From Promethearchaeia archaeon (GTDB taxonomy: Archaea > Asgardarchaeota > Lokiarchaeia > Sigyniarchaeales > SOKP01): a stretch of 64,000 nucleotides of DNA. A model generated the notes under the pieces. The model searched no databases. It worked only from the letters and a program-made list of their open reading frames with translations, and had not been told where the DNA came from. This document shows positions 31,401 to 41,868 of the stretch, in pieces; the first letter of the stretch is position 1; the number at the start of each line of letters is the position of its first letter. The stretch spans positions 1-64,000 of the forward strand of contig JAHQWG010000043.1 in the NCBI GenBank assembly GCA_029856045.1, given 5' to 3'. A program made the translations under genes and the position numbers.

Positions 31401-32534
31401 ATTATAAATGATAATGAAACTGTTTTTGAAGGGGAGATTCTTTCTTTTAAATACTTAGAAGATTTAACATCAAGGGGGTTAGCACTCAATTTTAATAGAG
31501 ATGAATTTAATATACCTGGAATCACATCTTTTTTCATAAATATAATAGATGAATATTATATGAGTTCATTTAATCAAATTAATGAATCATTCTCGTTTAG
31601 ACTTGATAGCAGTTTTAAAAACTTATCAGTTAATCCTAGTGAAATTACTTGGAGTAATAAATTTAATTTAACAGCATATTTACGAACGGAGAATGCAGAA
31701 CCTTTAGAAGGAAAGGAAATTAGATATTACTTCTTAAATTCTAACAATGAATGGCAAGAACTTTTAGGAACCGATGGAGATAATTATGATCTTACAGATA
31801 TAAATGGAAGGACAATTGTCGAGATAGATTCAAATCAATTCATGAAAAATTCATCTGGAAAAATTAAATTGAATTGGACCGGAAATCTAGATATATTATC
31901 TTCTGAAATTAATTATACTTTTAATTTTATCATTTTTTCAAACGAAATTACCGTAGAATCTTCTACAAATAATACAATATTTTTACGAAATAAAGAAAAT
32001 CAAGTAAACATTAGAATAAAAAATATTGGTACATCTACACTTACAGATATTAATATTACTTTAATAACAAATTTTTCATATTCAATATCTAAATATAACA
32101 ATTATGAGTTAAATTATCTTGAACCAGAAGAAACTACTGAAATTTCTTATAAAATTTCTATTCCTAATATAGAGGATAATAATATAACTATTTTATTCAA
32201 TATTTCATTTAATACTTTAAAAACTAATGAAAAGGATGAATTTCAATTTTTTCTTAAATATGATTTAGATAGTGAATCTTTCTTTACTCAGATTGTACAA
32301 TTATCAATTATATTTCTTTTTATTGGCATTGGCTTGTTTTATGCATTAGCTCTCTTATATAGAATAAGAATAAACAAAAAGATAGAGAAAATTTTTGAAA
32401 AACCTCCTGAAAGAATTAGGAAAGGTAAATATGTGAAAGTTTCTGAATTACGTGCAAAGGAAATTGATAAAAGAGAAATTAAAAAAGAAAAAGCTGATTT
32501 GGATGAACTACTTAAAAAAGAAAAGATAAAATAA
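28497..32534 (+). CDS. large secreted, membrane-anchored glycoprotein (S-layer/adhesin-like)
   Basis: N-terminal signal/TM, very many N-x-S/T sequons, beta-rich Ig/CARDB-like units, C-terminal TM and charged tail. Confidence 0.8.
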   Translation: MVIQVNIKKSKLKCIFLVIFLAFLILNSLIITPNNLTFQNNENSLDSPIKYKKDNPSISQTDLNDPFYGDGLNQTIRAYMNNISTSTMTNGSFNIAAPNLNSKLTAGEFNFTFDQNYNTTYEIEDDSAYDYPIITFPFQDTTENIISGNNISGGIAEITDDNSTSYWKINSTSSPGVINFTITTNFTSSKDSFSFNYYNISRIDVDFTINLTKDVYLTVKILDTLDNIWKNVSTDIFINSSDLNQKIINLDIINENLRYINSSTGNSIFQFYFKNAIDSFNLSFYEFDAFASSVFELPITNETYVALEFDLRGNATVNGFQAWIRSLNLSAATNSKLNISLYRANSTVQRSQITSDTTPAENILIKPEDFIDSIELINYTDDSVVNFSFTTPITNLNVSNYFFVIKSNISTDAFHLMILPRTGQGSDPDSINNHLLLKTEDDGSSWIKYQKLGYGPNFDASPFTINVTRGWMPNDILNITIENKTISNMEISTYPYNESSTYTWGLGNWTGEFEEPVNTSNGAKFEVVLNWNKNITSHLFFNVSYSATAYSLENATALYNCTYNNLPKWELNYTFNNDSSYFVNWSFLEFWYIYPLYWTPYDLICADYKSKYDANSAGTLIENGSFGKYIVQNNTIINTTNPNHNGNYSLKLTSFNCIYNMTSYLNFNNSYYWPTNGFMFGDNVSVQLNIQDHTGDSVYNGIANASLFLPNGTKLNIWNLSDSEGIIDDTLNVATYDFDNSNIFNSTFLNEKGSYTIGFFWNNGTAIGCKKKVFFLSEYDFNIIDCIYDEEEGGNIFEGNLIRADTDLNNISLLIATVNESTDINKFAINNSISEQFSSIDNLIVEMTNFLQNETIISPEEDISFKITVKNKDLYFPFNVRLSIQLISPINPNWIMTEVNTPNQLLNFTGTPNDSYEFNYNITFNSKNLDGTWYGVNSPIRLGGCQTKVKIFIEDEFCGSWINNDYSIIINDNETVFEGEILSFKYLEDLTSRGLALNFNRDEFNIPGITSFFINIIDEYYMSSFNQINESFSFRLDSSFKNLSVNPSEITWSNKFNLTAYLRTENAEPLEGKEIRYYFLNSNNEWQELLGTDGDNYDLTDINGRTIVEIDSNQFMKNSSGKIKLNWTGNLDILSSEINYTFNFIIFSNEITVESSTNNTIFLRNKENQVNIRIKNIGTSTLTDINITLITNFSYSISKYNNYELNYLEPEETTEISYKISIPNIEDNNITILFNISFNTLKTNEKDEFQFFLKYDLDSESFFTQIVQLSIIFLFIGIGLFYALALLYRIRINKKIEKIFEKPPERIRKGKYVKVSELRAKEIDKREIKKEKADLDELLKKEKIK

Positions 32535-32568
32535 GTCAATAAATACGATAAAAAAATATAAGAAAAAA

Positions 32569-32925
32569 TTATTGAGAACTTAAAACATTAATCAGATTAC
32601 GCCTTATTAGAGCCAATGAAGATAATGCATCATTTCCTGCTAAAGCAATCAAAATCAATTGTTCTGATCCAACCAATATTAAAAATCCATCTTCTAAAGT
32701 AAGAGTAATATCTTGTAATTTACCTTTTGAAATATCTTTTCCGATCTCATCAGAATTCTTAATAATATTAACACAGTCTAATGCAATTTTCTTGTGGTCC
32801 ATTTCTGTTAACGTTTGACCAATAATTACATTGCCTTGAGTATCAGCTGCGATCAATCCTTCACATACTTCAACAGCATCCATCAGATTAGCAAGAGATT
32901 GTTCGAGTTTTTCTTTATCGACCAT
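32569..32925 (-). CDS. roadblock/LC7 domain protein
   Basis: 118 aa with EGLIAADTQGNVI and a C-terminal LALIRRNL helix. Confidence 0.75.
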   Translation of the reverse strand: MVDKEKLEQSLANLMDAVEVCEGLIAADTQGNVIIGQTLTEMDHKKIALDCVNIIKNSDEIGKDISKGKLQDITLTLEDGFLILVGSEQLILIALAGNDALSSLALIRRNLINVLSSQ

Positions 32926-33165
32926 TTGTTTGACACTTCAATTTTTATTTTCTATAAGATCCTTAATACATTTTAATGAAATATAATAATATATTAATAC
33001 CTTTATTTTAATTTAAAATTTTATCTATGAAGGCATGTTAATTTGAAATTTCAAATTCAAAATAATTAAAATTTTTAAAAAAACTCATCAATATTAAATA
33101 GAATCAGTTTTTATCGATAAAGCGATGCTTTGAAATTGGATTTTTTAAAAAGATTATCAATACTT

Positions 33166-33450
33166 TTATTTTAGAACTATTAGGATAAACATATCCTCTT
33201 TAGCAACCATTACTTCGCCTTTACTAGTCTCTAGTCTGATAAATTTTAGTTCTCCTTCCTTAAGAGATTCAACACATTGCTTTCCTTTTCCAATAAGAGA
33301 GGTTATATAAGCAGAGACATTTTCAGCAATTTCAATATCAAGATTACTTTTAATGGGGAGACCGTTGGAATCAGCAATTATTACCCCTCTAACACCTTCT
33401 TTTTCTTCAAATCGCCTAATTATGGCTTTTATTGCTTTTGAATCAATCAT
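33166..33450 (-). CDS. roadblock/LC7 (dynein light chain-like) protein
   Basis: GVRGVIIADSNGLPIKS and ELKFIRLETSKGEVMVA..FILIVL closely match the LC7 pattern. Confidence 0.88.
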   Translation of the reverse strand: MIDSKAIKAIIRRFEEKEGVRGVIIADSNGLPIKSNLDIEIAENVSAYITSLIGKGKQCVESLKEGELKFIRLETSKGEVMVAKEDMFILIVLK

Positions 33451-33616
33451 TATAAAAAAGACCTAATCTATTTTAAAAAATAACTTTGTTAAATTTTATA
33501 TTACGTAGATATTATATTTTATTTTATTTTTTTTATATATCTTTTTAATAAGAGAATTTAAATATAAATCTTCACTTAAAAACAATTTTGTATGAACTCA
33601 TCTTGGTTTTCTACTA

Positions 33617-34516
33617 ATGGAAAAGTTTCCTAATCGTCTAATAAATCAGTCTTTATTAAGTAAAGAAAATATTGACTCAATGAATGAATTTTCTGCAAAT
33701 CAAAATTATAATCTTCTTTTAAATGAAATGAGTTTAAAAAAAATTATTAGAAGAAATATTTGGAATTGCCATTTAGATTCTATGCTAACAAACTATATTA
33801 AAGATGTCAAGCAAGAAAAAGAAGAAATTAATTTCCGTAAAAGTGGTAAAATATTATTTTCATCATCTTATTTACTCAAAGCAAAAACCAAACGTATTAT
33901 AAATGATTCACTTGATACACAAGATAGTATTGAAGAAATGGAGGAAATAAATAAAAATAATTTTGAAGATGAAATACTTGATGATTATGATGAGAAAACT
34001 AAAACCAATAAGCATTTGGACTTAAGAACAATAAATCAAAAAATAAATAATAATGAAATCTGCCTGAAATCACCAAAAAATATGGTTTATAAATCGATTA
34101 ATCTAAATGATTTAGCTCTCGCATTAACAGAAGTAATGAAAATCAAAGATAAAGAAAAAATATCAAGAAAACCAAAAGATAATATTAAGGAAAAAATCAG
34201 CTTTCTTCCTAAAAGTCTTATTGAAAATAACAAAGAAAAGCGAGAAAACCTAAATATAAGAATTCAAAATTTTTATAATAAACTCTTAGAAGTATATGAT
34301 AATGAACCAATATCTTTTCTAAATTTGCTTAATAAGCCAAATAGGCAGTGCTTGGTCGATTTATTAATTTATATTTTATATCTGTGTAATAGAAAAAAAA
34401 TAAAAATCTGGCAAAGAGTTTCTCAAGAAAACATAGATGATATACAAGAATCTAAATGTGAAAATTATGAAAATTTAGGTAACAGTAAAAATATATACAT
34501 TTCTCCTGTCTTATAA
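33617..34516 (+). CDS. scpA: ScpA/kleisin-like segregation and condensation protein
   Basis: N-terminal IWNCHL..NFRKSGKILFSSSYLLKAKT and C-terminal wHTH ISFLNLL..LIYILYLCNRKKIKIWQ, joined by an acidic linker. Confidence 0.7.
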   Translation: MEKFPNRLINQSLLSKENIDSMNEFSANQNYNLLLNEMSLKKIIRRNIWNCHLDSMLTNYIKDVKQEKEEINFRKSGKILFSSSYLLKAKTKRIINDSLDTQDSIEEMEEINKNNFEDEILDDYDEKTKTNKHLDLRTINQKINNNEICLKSPKNMVYKSINLNDLALALTEVMKIKDKEKISRKPKDNIKEKISFLPKSLIENNKEKRENLNIRIQNFYNKLLEVYDNEPISFLNLLNKPNRQCLVDLLIYILYLCNRKKIKIWQRVSQENIDDIQESKCENYENLGNSKNIYISPVL

Positions 34517-34598
34517 TTAACTTTATTTATAAGATTGTTTATAGAAAAGATATATTTATCTATTTTCTAATATATTCATATTATTTAATTTTAAAAAA

Positions 34599-36209
34599 AT
34601 GAATTTATCGTTTAATATGACTTTAGGATATTTTGGTTTAGTCTTACATGGACATATTCCATATTGTAAACGTTCTGGTACTTGGCCTGCGGGGGAGGAA
34701 TGGTTGTTTGAAGCGATTTTAGAGACTTATATTCCTATGCTTAATATTTTAAGGGAACTTAAAAACAATGGTATTAATACAGCAATTACTATAAATATTA
34801 CTCCGATTTTGGCGGACCAATTAGCTGATGAATATATGAAAAATCGTTTTTCGGAATATATGGAAGATTTAATTTCTCGAGCTAAAAAAGATATTAAACG
34901 ATTTGAAAATCATATTATAAGAAAACAAATTGCAGATTTTCATCTTAAAAATTTCGAAGAAGCTTTGGATGCATTTTATCATGATTATTATAGGGATATT
35001 TTAGGGACTTTTAAATGGCTGCAAGAGGAAAATATGATTGAAATAATTACATCTGCGGCTACTCATGGCTTTTTACCGTTACTAGAAAGCGATTCAGGAA
35101 TTTTTTCTCAAATACAAATTGGTGTAGATACATACAAGAAATATTTTAATAAGGATCCCCTTGGATTTTGGTTACCCGAATGTGCTTATAGGCCAAAAGA
35201 AGAGAAATATGGAATTTTTAGGGAAAGCATTGATTATTGGTTAAACAATTCGGGTATAAAATATTTTTTTGTTGAAGCTCATGGAATTTTAGATGCAAAT
35301 ATTATTGAAAAAAAAAACAATATAGGATTAAATACAAATTTTGGATATAAGTTAAAGAATGGTCTTGCGGTTTTTGGGAGAAATAAAAAGACTAGTCGGC
35401 AAGTTTGGGATGCACAAATTGGATATCCTGGTGATTTTTTCTATAGAGAATTTCATAAAAAAGACCATCAATCTGGTCTGCATTATTGGAGAATTACAGA
35501 TAAAAAAGTAAATAACGAAAATAAAGAACTTTATGATCCAGTTAAAGCACAAGAAAGCGTTAATTCTCATGCAAATCATTTTATTTCTTCATTAATTGAA
35601 GAGTTAAAAAGTTATAATAAAAATTTTCAAAAAAAAGGAATAATCATATCACCATTTGATTTCGAACTATTTGGACATTGGTGGATGGAAGGGATTGCTT
35701 GGCTAAAAAAAGTGTTCGAATTAGTCTCCAAAAGTGAAATTGTAAGTATGACAACAATCTCTGATTATGTTTCGAAATTTAAAGCCGAATTTTCAATCAT
35801 TGAAATGGGAGAGAGCAGTTGGGGAGAGGGCGGTCACTATCAAGTGTGGAAAAATAAAGAACATATATGGATTTGGCCGTATATAAACTCAAGCATGAGA
35901 GAATTCGAAAAAGTATTGGAAATAAATCCCAATCCTAACGAATGGGGTAAAAGGCTGTTTAAACAAATGGCTAGAGAAATGCTTTTAATGGAAGGGAGCG
36001 ATTGGCCTTTTTTACTTTATACTAAACAAGCTAAAGATTATGCAAATCAGAGATTTCATAATCATCATCAAAGATTTAATAAATTATTATGGGCTGCAAA
36101 AGATTTGAAAGATAAAAATAGAATTAGTTTACAAGAATTAGAAACAATAGAAACTATTGATACTTGTTTTCAAGATATTAACATTAATTATTTTAAGAAA
36201 ATCCAATAA
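34599..36209 (+). CDS. GH57 1,4-alpha-glucan branching enzyme
   Basis: LHGHIPY, EEWLFEA, ATHGFLPL, nucleophile WLPECAY, acid/base FDFELFGHWW, SDWPF. Confidence 0.93.
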   Translation: MNLSFNMTLGYFGLVLHGHIPYCKRSGTWPAGEEWLFEAILETYIPMLNILRELKNNGINTAITINITPILADQLADEYMKNRFSEYMEDLISRAKKDIKRFENHIIRKQIADFHLKNFEEALDAFYHDYYRDILGTFKWLQEENMIEIITSAATHGFLPLLESDSGIFSQIQIGVDTYKKYFNKDPLGFWLPECAYRPKEEKYGIFRESIDYWLNNSGIKYFFVEAHGILDANIIEKKNNIGLNTNFGYKLKNGLAVFGRNKKTSRQVWDAQIGYPGDFFYREFHKKDHQSGLHYWRITDKKVNNENKELYDPVKAQESVNSHANHFISSLIEELKSYNKNFQKKGIIISPFDFELFGHWWMEGIAWLKKVFELVSKSEIVSMTTISDYVSKFKAEFSIIEMGESSWGEGGHYQVWKNKEHIWIWPYINSSMREFEKVLEINPNPNEWGKRLFKQMAREMLLMEGSDWPFLLYTKQAKDYANQRFHNHHQRFNKLLWAAKDLKDKNRISLQELETIETIDTCFQDININYFKKIQ

Positions 36210-36212
36210 AAA

Positions 36213-36845
36213 TTATAAAAAATAATTTTTGAATAAATTCATTGTGCGTTCTTCTCCAATTGTGGTATTCCCCATATGCCCGGGAAATATAATAAAATTA
36301 TCAGAAAGGTCCTCATTATACATAATTTTATTTTTTATGCTTTCAAATAAAAGTTTTTGATTACCACCTTCAAAATCGGATCTACCAATACTCCTTCTAA
36401 AAATCAAATCTCCAGAAAATAAGATTCCATCAACTGGAAAATCTTTATAAAATTTGATATCTTTAGTATAAAAACATAAACTTCCTGGACTATGCCCTGG
36501 AGTTTCTAATACATGAAGATTAAATTCGTCCACTTTAACTATATCACCTTCAAAAAGCCATCTACCCGCTTCTTTTTTTACTATACTTTTATCTTTCTCA
36601 TTATACATCAATGGAATCTGATAAGTTCTAATGAGAGCTCGCATTGCCCTTGTATGATCAAAATGCCCATGAGTGAGTAAAATTGCGAGTGGAATTAAAG
36701 AATTATTATCAATCATAGTCATTATTCGATCGGATTCTTCTCCAGGGTCTATAATAACTACTTCTTTAGATTTTTCTGAGCCAAAGATATAACAGTTTGT
36801 AGCCAGCATTCCAACGATTAGCTTTTCAAGAATCATAAATCTCAA
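36213..36845 (-). CDS. MBL-fold metallo-hydrolase (glyoxalase II-like)
   Basis: THGHFDH, TPGHSPG, FSGD, PGH. Confidence 0.92.
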   Translation of the reverse strand: MRFMILEKLIVGMLATNCYIFGSEKSKEVVIIDPGEESDRIMTMIDNNSLIPLAILLTHGHFDHTRAMRALIRTYQIPLMYNEKDKSIVKKEAGRWLFEGDIVKVDEFNLHVLETPGHSPGSLCFYTKDIKFYKDFPVDGILFSGDLIFRRSIGRSDFEGGNQKLLFESIKNKIMYNEDLSDNFIIFPGHMGNTTIGEERTMNLFKNYFL

Positions 36846-36948
36846 AATTAACTAAAGGTTATTAATTTTTTTATAATTTTTTAGAAATCATCAAATTTCT
36901 AAGAACGTTGTTAAATAAATGAAAAAAAAAAAGAAATAATAGAAAAAT

Positions 36949-37248
36949 CTAAATTAAGCCATTGCCTTTAGTAAATAGCTCATTTAATTCTTCTATTTTT
37001 TCTAACATAATAACACCTTTCGGCGTTAAGGATATTTCCAATTTTTTGTTTTTATTCTTTTTTACATGTATAAGATCCCGATTTAAAAGTGTATCTTTGA
37101 CTCTCAAAAATGAATTATAATAAGAAAATTTGTTTAATTCATTATAGAAGGTATGCTTATTCATCTTGTAATCTTTTCTTTTTGAAAGAATTTGTAAGGT
37201 ATCCTTAAAACCCTTTTTTTTCATAAGTTCTAATATTTCAAACGACAA
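36949..37248 (-). CDS. winged-helix DNA-binding protein
   Basis: C-terminal wing ISLTPKG followed by a helix. 99 aa. Confidence 0.65.
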   Translation of the reverse strand: MSFEILELMKKKGFKDTLQILSKRKDYKMNKHTFYNELNKFSYYNSFLRVKDTLLNRDLIHVKKNKNKKLEISLTPKGVIMLEKIEELNELFTKGNGLI

Positions 37249-37577
37249 AATGCTATACCAAACCCTAATCTAAGTTCGATTTTATGAGTAACAAAATTAA
37301 TCCTCTTTTATAAGTTTTATTTTTTTTAACAATAAAGTTATTTTAGGAGAATTAATACTCAAAACTAAGTTAAATTACTTAAAAAAATTGATTTTTTCTT
37401 ATTCTTTAGTAAGATGAATTTCTAATTTATGGAAAAGAAAATCAGATATAAATAATTTTAAACCAATTAAGAAATTCTTGAAAGAATCATAGAAGAAACT
37501 TCATTTTTTAAAGTTTTAGATGAAGACATTCATTAAAAAAAAAAATAATAGATTTTAATATTATACCCTTAAAATTT

Positions 37578-38081
37578 CTAATCTAATCCCCGTATTTGCA
37601 ATTTTGGTGTTATTTTTGATGCTCCAGCAAAATTTGTTAATACTGGGCAGTGACTAAATACTTTTTCCATTAGTTCTTCTACCTTCTCTTTTGGAGCAGA
37701 TGATTTGATTCTTATAACAGGTTCTAGTTTATCATAACCAGGTAGCATATTATCATCGAGCCCAAAAAGTGCACCAAGATTAATATGACCACGAGAAAAT
37801 ACTTTCATCTCTTCTAAAGGAATATCAAGAATCATACTCCAGAATTTAGTAACAGCAATAATACAGGCACCAATAGAGCCTAATATAGCTAATAAAGGAG
37901 AAGGCCCTTGATTTGTCCCTCCTAAACCTTCAGGAGCATCAATTAAAACTACATGAGGTTTAGCCCCCATAGAAACTTTTGTCTGCATACCTTCCGGGAG
38001 CATTTCACACTCTACATTAAAGTTTTTTTCTCCGGCATTGATATCTTTTTTAATATCTTCATACGTTTCTTTAAATCCCAT
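37578..38081 (-). CDS. OsmC/Ohr family protein
   Basis: DAPEGLGGTNQGPSP, LGSIGAC, HCPV. Confidence 0.88.
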   Translation of the reverse strand: MGFKETYEDIKKDINAGEKNFNVECEMLPEGMQTKVSMGAKPHVVLIDAPEGLGGTNQGPSPLLAILGSIGACIIAVTKFWSMILDIPLEEMKVFSRGHINLGALFGLDDNMLPGYDKLEPVIRIKSSAPKEKVEELMEKVFSHCPVLTNFAGASKITPKLQIRGLD

Positions 38082-38287
38082 ATTTCTTCACATTTATGTA
38101 AAATTTTTATTTTCTGTTAATCTTAATTATATTTTAATATTTGTTAGAATTTTTAAAAATATTTTGAATTTAAATTAGTAAATCTAAATATTCTAAAATA
38201 AATATCTGTCTGTGTTGTAAATAAAGAAATCGATTTAATCATTGAATTTGATGATCTAATAAAGAATTTAGAAAATTATTATTATTT

Positions 38288-39556
38288 TTAGTCTTTTTCT
38301 CTGGTTGGTTTTAATAATTTAGATAAATTACCTTTTTGATATTCATTTAACACCTTTTCTACAGTATTAACACTTAGTTTATTCAATGAATATATATCTA
38401 CTAGATGATCTCTCAGTAAATGATAAGATATTTCACCTATTTGCATAGTGAAAAGAATATCAATCTCTTTTTGAATAAAAAATTTGGCTACAGATAATCC
38501 TGCCCTGATTTTTTTATCAATAAAGGGATTTTTTAATATTTCCGATTCTTTCAATATATAATTTTCTATATTACCAAGAAAAAAAAAATTTGCTCGTCCA
38601 AAATGCTCCACAATTTCAGAATTTAAATCCTTTTTATTTTTAATTGGAATAACTATTTTAATTAATTTTTTCTCACTTGGTTCAATATATACCATAAATG
38701 ATTCTATTTGTGGTATTATTTTATATATTTGAGATTCAATTTTTTCTGAAATTTCATGTGCTTTATCAACATTAATGGTTTTTCTAACATTTATTTTTAC
38801 CTCTCCAAAAATTAAAGATCCCGATTTTCTTAATTTTAGATCTTTAAAATCATCAACACCCTCAATTTCATTCAAGATTTCCTTAATAGATTCGTCAAAC
38901 TTTTTACTTGGACTTACATCCATTAATGAAAAAATAGCGTCCTTTATTGAAATAATTCCAATTCTAAACACTAATGTTGATATGACCATTGTAATAACTC
39001 CCTCAATAAATGGAATTTGAAAAGAACTAGCTAAAATTGCTATAAAAACTATGAACGATGATATAACATCGATCATCCGCTCCTTGGAATTAAGAATTAA
39101 AAGATCTGAATTTATTTTAACCCCCATGTATCTTAAATATCTTGAAATTACAAAGGACAATCCAATAGATATAATAGATATTGTTAAAGCAAAAAAAGGA
39201 TTATATATTTCAGGTAATTCGAAAATATTATAAAAACCTTCAAAAAATAAAAAAATTGTTCCCAAAGTCATAAATATTGACAAAGTTAAAGTCATTAGAG
39301 ACTCCGCTTTATAAAACCCAAATTGAAATTTTAATGTTTTTTCCCTTTTAGAGATTCGAAAACCGATCCATGATGCAACCATAATCATTAAATCCGAAAA
39401 ATTATTCAATGCATCACTTTGTAGAGCTGAACTATTTGAGAAAAATCCGATTAAAATTTTAAAAAAAAATAAAATAAACGCAATAATTCCTGAAACTAAA
39501 GTTGCCTTTTGGCCTTTTTTAAATATTTTTTTTGTTTTTAGTTGTATTTCAGTCAT
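38288..39556 (-). CDS. cation diffusion facilitator fused to a NifB/NifX-type domain
   Basis: CDF TM region (SDALNNFSD, FGFYKAE) and ZT dimer domain (AHEISEKIE), then HFGRANFF..IGEISYHLL. Confidence 0.88.
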   Translation of the reverse strand: MTEIQLKTKKIFKKGQKATLVSGIIAFILFFFKILIGFFSNSSALQSDALNNFSDLMIMVASWIGFRISKREKTLKFQFGFYKAESLMTLTLSIFMTLGTIFLFFEGFYNIFELPEIYNPFFALTISIISIGLSFVISRYLRYMGVKINSDLLILNSKERMIDVISSFIVFIAILASSFQIPFIEGVITMVISTLVFRIGIISIKDAIFSLMDVSPSKKFDESIKEILNEIEGVDDFKDLKLRKSGSLIFGEVKINVRKTINVDKAHEISEKIESQIYKIIPQIESFMVYIEPSEKKLIKIVIPIKNKKDLNSEIVEHFGRANFFFLGNIENYILKESEILKNPFIDKKIRAGLSVAKFFIQKEIDILFTMQIGEISYHLLRDHLVDIYSLNKLSVNTVEKVLNEYQKGNLSKLLKPTREKD

Positions 39557-39623
39557 ATTTAAGTTATGAATAAAGATTAATATTTAAAAGAAATACTAAA
39601 AATCCGAAAATTTTCTTTTTAAA

Positions 39624-40859
39624 TTAATGATATAATAATTCTGTAACGTTTTTAGTTAGTGATGGAAGGTGTCTACTTTCTTTGCGTAAATAATTCATCG
39701 CTTTTTCTAATCCTTCTAAAGTTAAATTAAACATAGGAAAAATTTTGGATAATACTTTCCTGGTATAACACGCCCAATCGGGATTAATAATCTCTGGATT
39801 TAACCATACAGTGAAAGGAAAATGTTCTTTTAATTTTTGCATATAAATTGCCCCTGGAATTTCATTGCGATGATAATAGTAAATTGAGCCGTATCGCTCT
39901 GATAATTCATATGGTGCCATTGCTGCGTCTCCAACAATTATTACTCTATACTTTGAATCATATTTACGAATAAAATCTTCAAATAAAATACTGCGATTAT
40001 CTTCTCGAGCTGCGGTCTCATATAATCGTTCATAGATACAATTATGAAAATAGTAATATTTAAAATCACGAAAATGAGATAATTGATGAGCAGCAGAAAA
40101 CAATTTATTAACTAGAGTAGCGTAAGGCGTCATACTTCCACCAACATCAAGAAGTAAAAGTACTTTAATGTCATTTTTTCTTCTTTTATGAAAGACCAAC
40201 TCAATATCTCCGCAATTTTTGCAGGTTTCATCAATTGTTTTATCTAGATCTAACTCATCTTGCTTTCCAATTTCTTCTAATTTTTTCAAACGTTTCAAAG
40301 CGACTTTAATTTGCCTTGTATCCAAAACAATATCTTTTCGATAATCTTTGAAAATTCGTTTTTCTGCAATTTGAACTGCCATTCTTGCACCACTACTGCC
40401 ACCAACTCTGATACCAAATGGGTTTTTTCCAGAGTGCCCCAAGGGAGATGTTCCCTGTTGCCCTATAAAACGATTGCCAAAATTATGAGGTTCATCTTGT
40501 TCCTTCATGATTTTTTCAAAATATTCCCTTAATTCTTCTAAATCCTTAGGAATCATACCCGGCGGCATTTGAAGCTGAAAAGGGAGATTATCAAAATCTA
40601 ATGGTTGATTTAACCAGTCCCATATCTCGTCTTTTATGGATTGGGGGAATTCTACATCTATATCCTTATAAAAAGAAGCAAAACATCTATCAAATATATC
40701 AAAATCATGTTCTGATTTCACAAGAATACTCCGACAAGTATAATAATATGAAACCATATCGGAAATAAGTCCTTTATTAAATGCTTCTAATAATGTTAAA
40801 AATTCCGTTATACTAACTGGTAATTTTCCCTTTAAAAAATAAAAGAAATCAACAAACAT
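39624..40859 (-). CDS. vWA-domain protein, CoxE-like partner of MoxR
   Basis: LLLDVGGSM, YYFHNCIY, IVGDAAMAPYEL, VWLNP. Confidence 0.88.
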   Translation of the reverse strand: MFVDFFYFLKGKLPVSITEFLTLLEAFNKGLISDMVSYYYTCRSILVKSEHDFDIFDRCFASFYKDIDVEFPQSIKDEIWDWLNQPLDFDNLPFQLQMPPGMIPKDLEELREYFEKIMKEQDEPHNFGNRFIGQQGTSPLGHSGKNPFGIRVGGSSGARMAVQIAEKRIFKDYRKDIVLDTRQIKVALKRLKKLEEIGKQDELDLDKTIDETCKNCGDIELVFHKRRKNDIKVLLLLDVGGSMTPYATLVNKLFSAAHQLSHFRDFKYYYFHNCIYERLYETAAREDNRSILFEDFIRKYDSKYRVIIVGDAAMAPYELSERYGSIYYYHRNEIPGAIYMQKLKEHFPFTVWLNPEIINPDWACYTRKVLSKIFPMFNLTLEGLEKAMNYLRKESRHLPSLTKNVTELLYH

Positions 40860-40899
40860 ATTGTTTGAACATTTAATTTTTATTTTGATTATTTTTTTT

Positions 40900-41763
40900 T
40901 TATGGCTTTACAGAAAAACCAGTTTTTTTTGAGATATACTCCATATCCTGTTCTTTCTTAATGAGAACTCCCAAAAACGGAATATCCTTTTCCAAATCAT
41001 CAGCAGTTATTCCACTTTTTAATAAAACTCCAATCCAATCTAATAATTCTGAAGTTGAGGGCTTTTTTCTAAGATTTTTATATAATCGAAGTGAATAAAA
41101 TTGCTTTAAACATTGCATTAAAATATTCCTTTTTAGATTTGGATAATGCAATTGACAAATCTGTCCCATAAAATCTTTCTCTGGAAATTCAATCCAATGA
41201 AAAACACAACGTCTCAGAAATGCATCTGGTAGCTCTTTTTCATTATTTGAAGTGATTATGACAATTGGACGATAATTTGCTTTAATAACCTCTTTAGTTT
41301 CCTTGATATAAAATTCCATTACATCTAACTCTTGTAAGAGGTCATTTGGAAATTCTATGTCAGCTTTATCTATTTCATCAATGAGGAGAACAACTTGTTC
41401 ATTAGAAACAAAAGCCTCACCTAAAGGACCATAAGTAATGTAATCTTTAATATTATTAACATTTCGATCATTTGAACCAAATCGACTATCATTAAGTCTT
41501 TGAACGGTGTCGTACATATAACACCCATCTATTGCTTCAGAGGTTGATTTAACATTCCAAACAAATAGATTTTTTCCTAATGCTTCCGAAATCGCATGAG
41601 CTAAGAGAGTTTTACCAGTTCCAGGCTCTCCCTTAACTAATAAAGGTCTCTCAAGCGCAATCGAAACATTAACTATATTTCTAAGTTGAGGATCTGCGAT
41701 ATATCGAATTCTATCTGTGTTCACATTGCCAATAAATTGATCAAATTGATAATTACTAGCCAT
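40900..41763 (-). CDS. MoxR family AAA+ ATPase
   Basis: GEPGTGKT, LLIDEIDKAD, TSNNEKELPDAFLRRC. Confidence 0.93.
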   Translation of the reverse strand: MASNYQFDQFIGNVNTDRIRYIADPQLRNIVNVSIALERPLLVKGEPGTGKTLLAHAISEALGKNLFVWNVKSTSEAIDGCYMYDTVQRLNDSRFGSNDRNVNNIKDYITYGPLGEAFVSNEQVVLLIDEIDKADIEFPNDLLQELDVMEFYIKETKEVIKANYRPIVIITSNNEKELPDAFLRRCVFHWIEFPEKDFMGQICQLHYPNLKRNILMQCLKQFYSLRLYKNLRKKPSTSELLDWIGVLLKSGITADDLEKDIPFLGVLIKKEQDMEYISKKTGFSVKP

Positions 41764-41868
41764 TATATGTAAATTAAAGAAATACAGAATTAAAAATTTG
41801 TTATTATTATTTTAAGGATTGCCTAATCCAAAAAGAAAAAAAAAAAAGAAAATAAGAAGAAGATTTTT

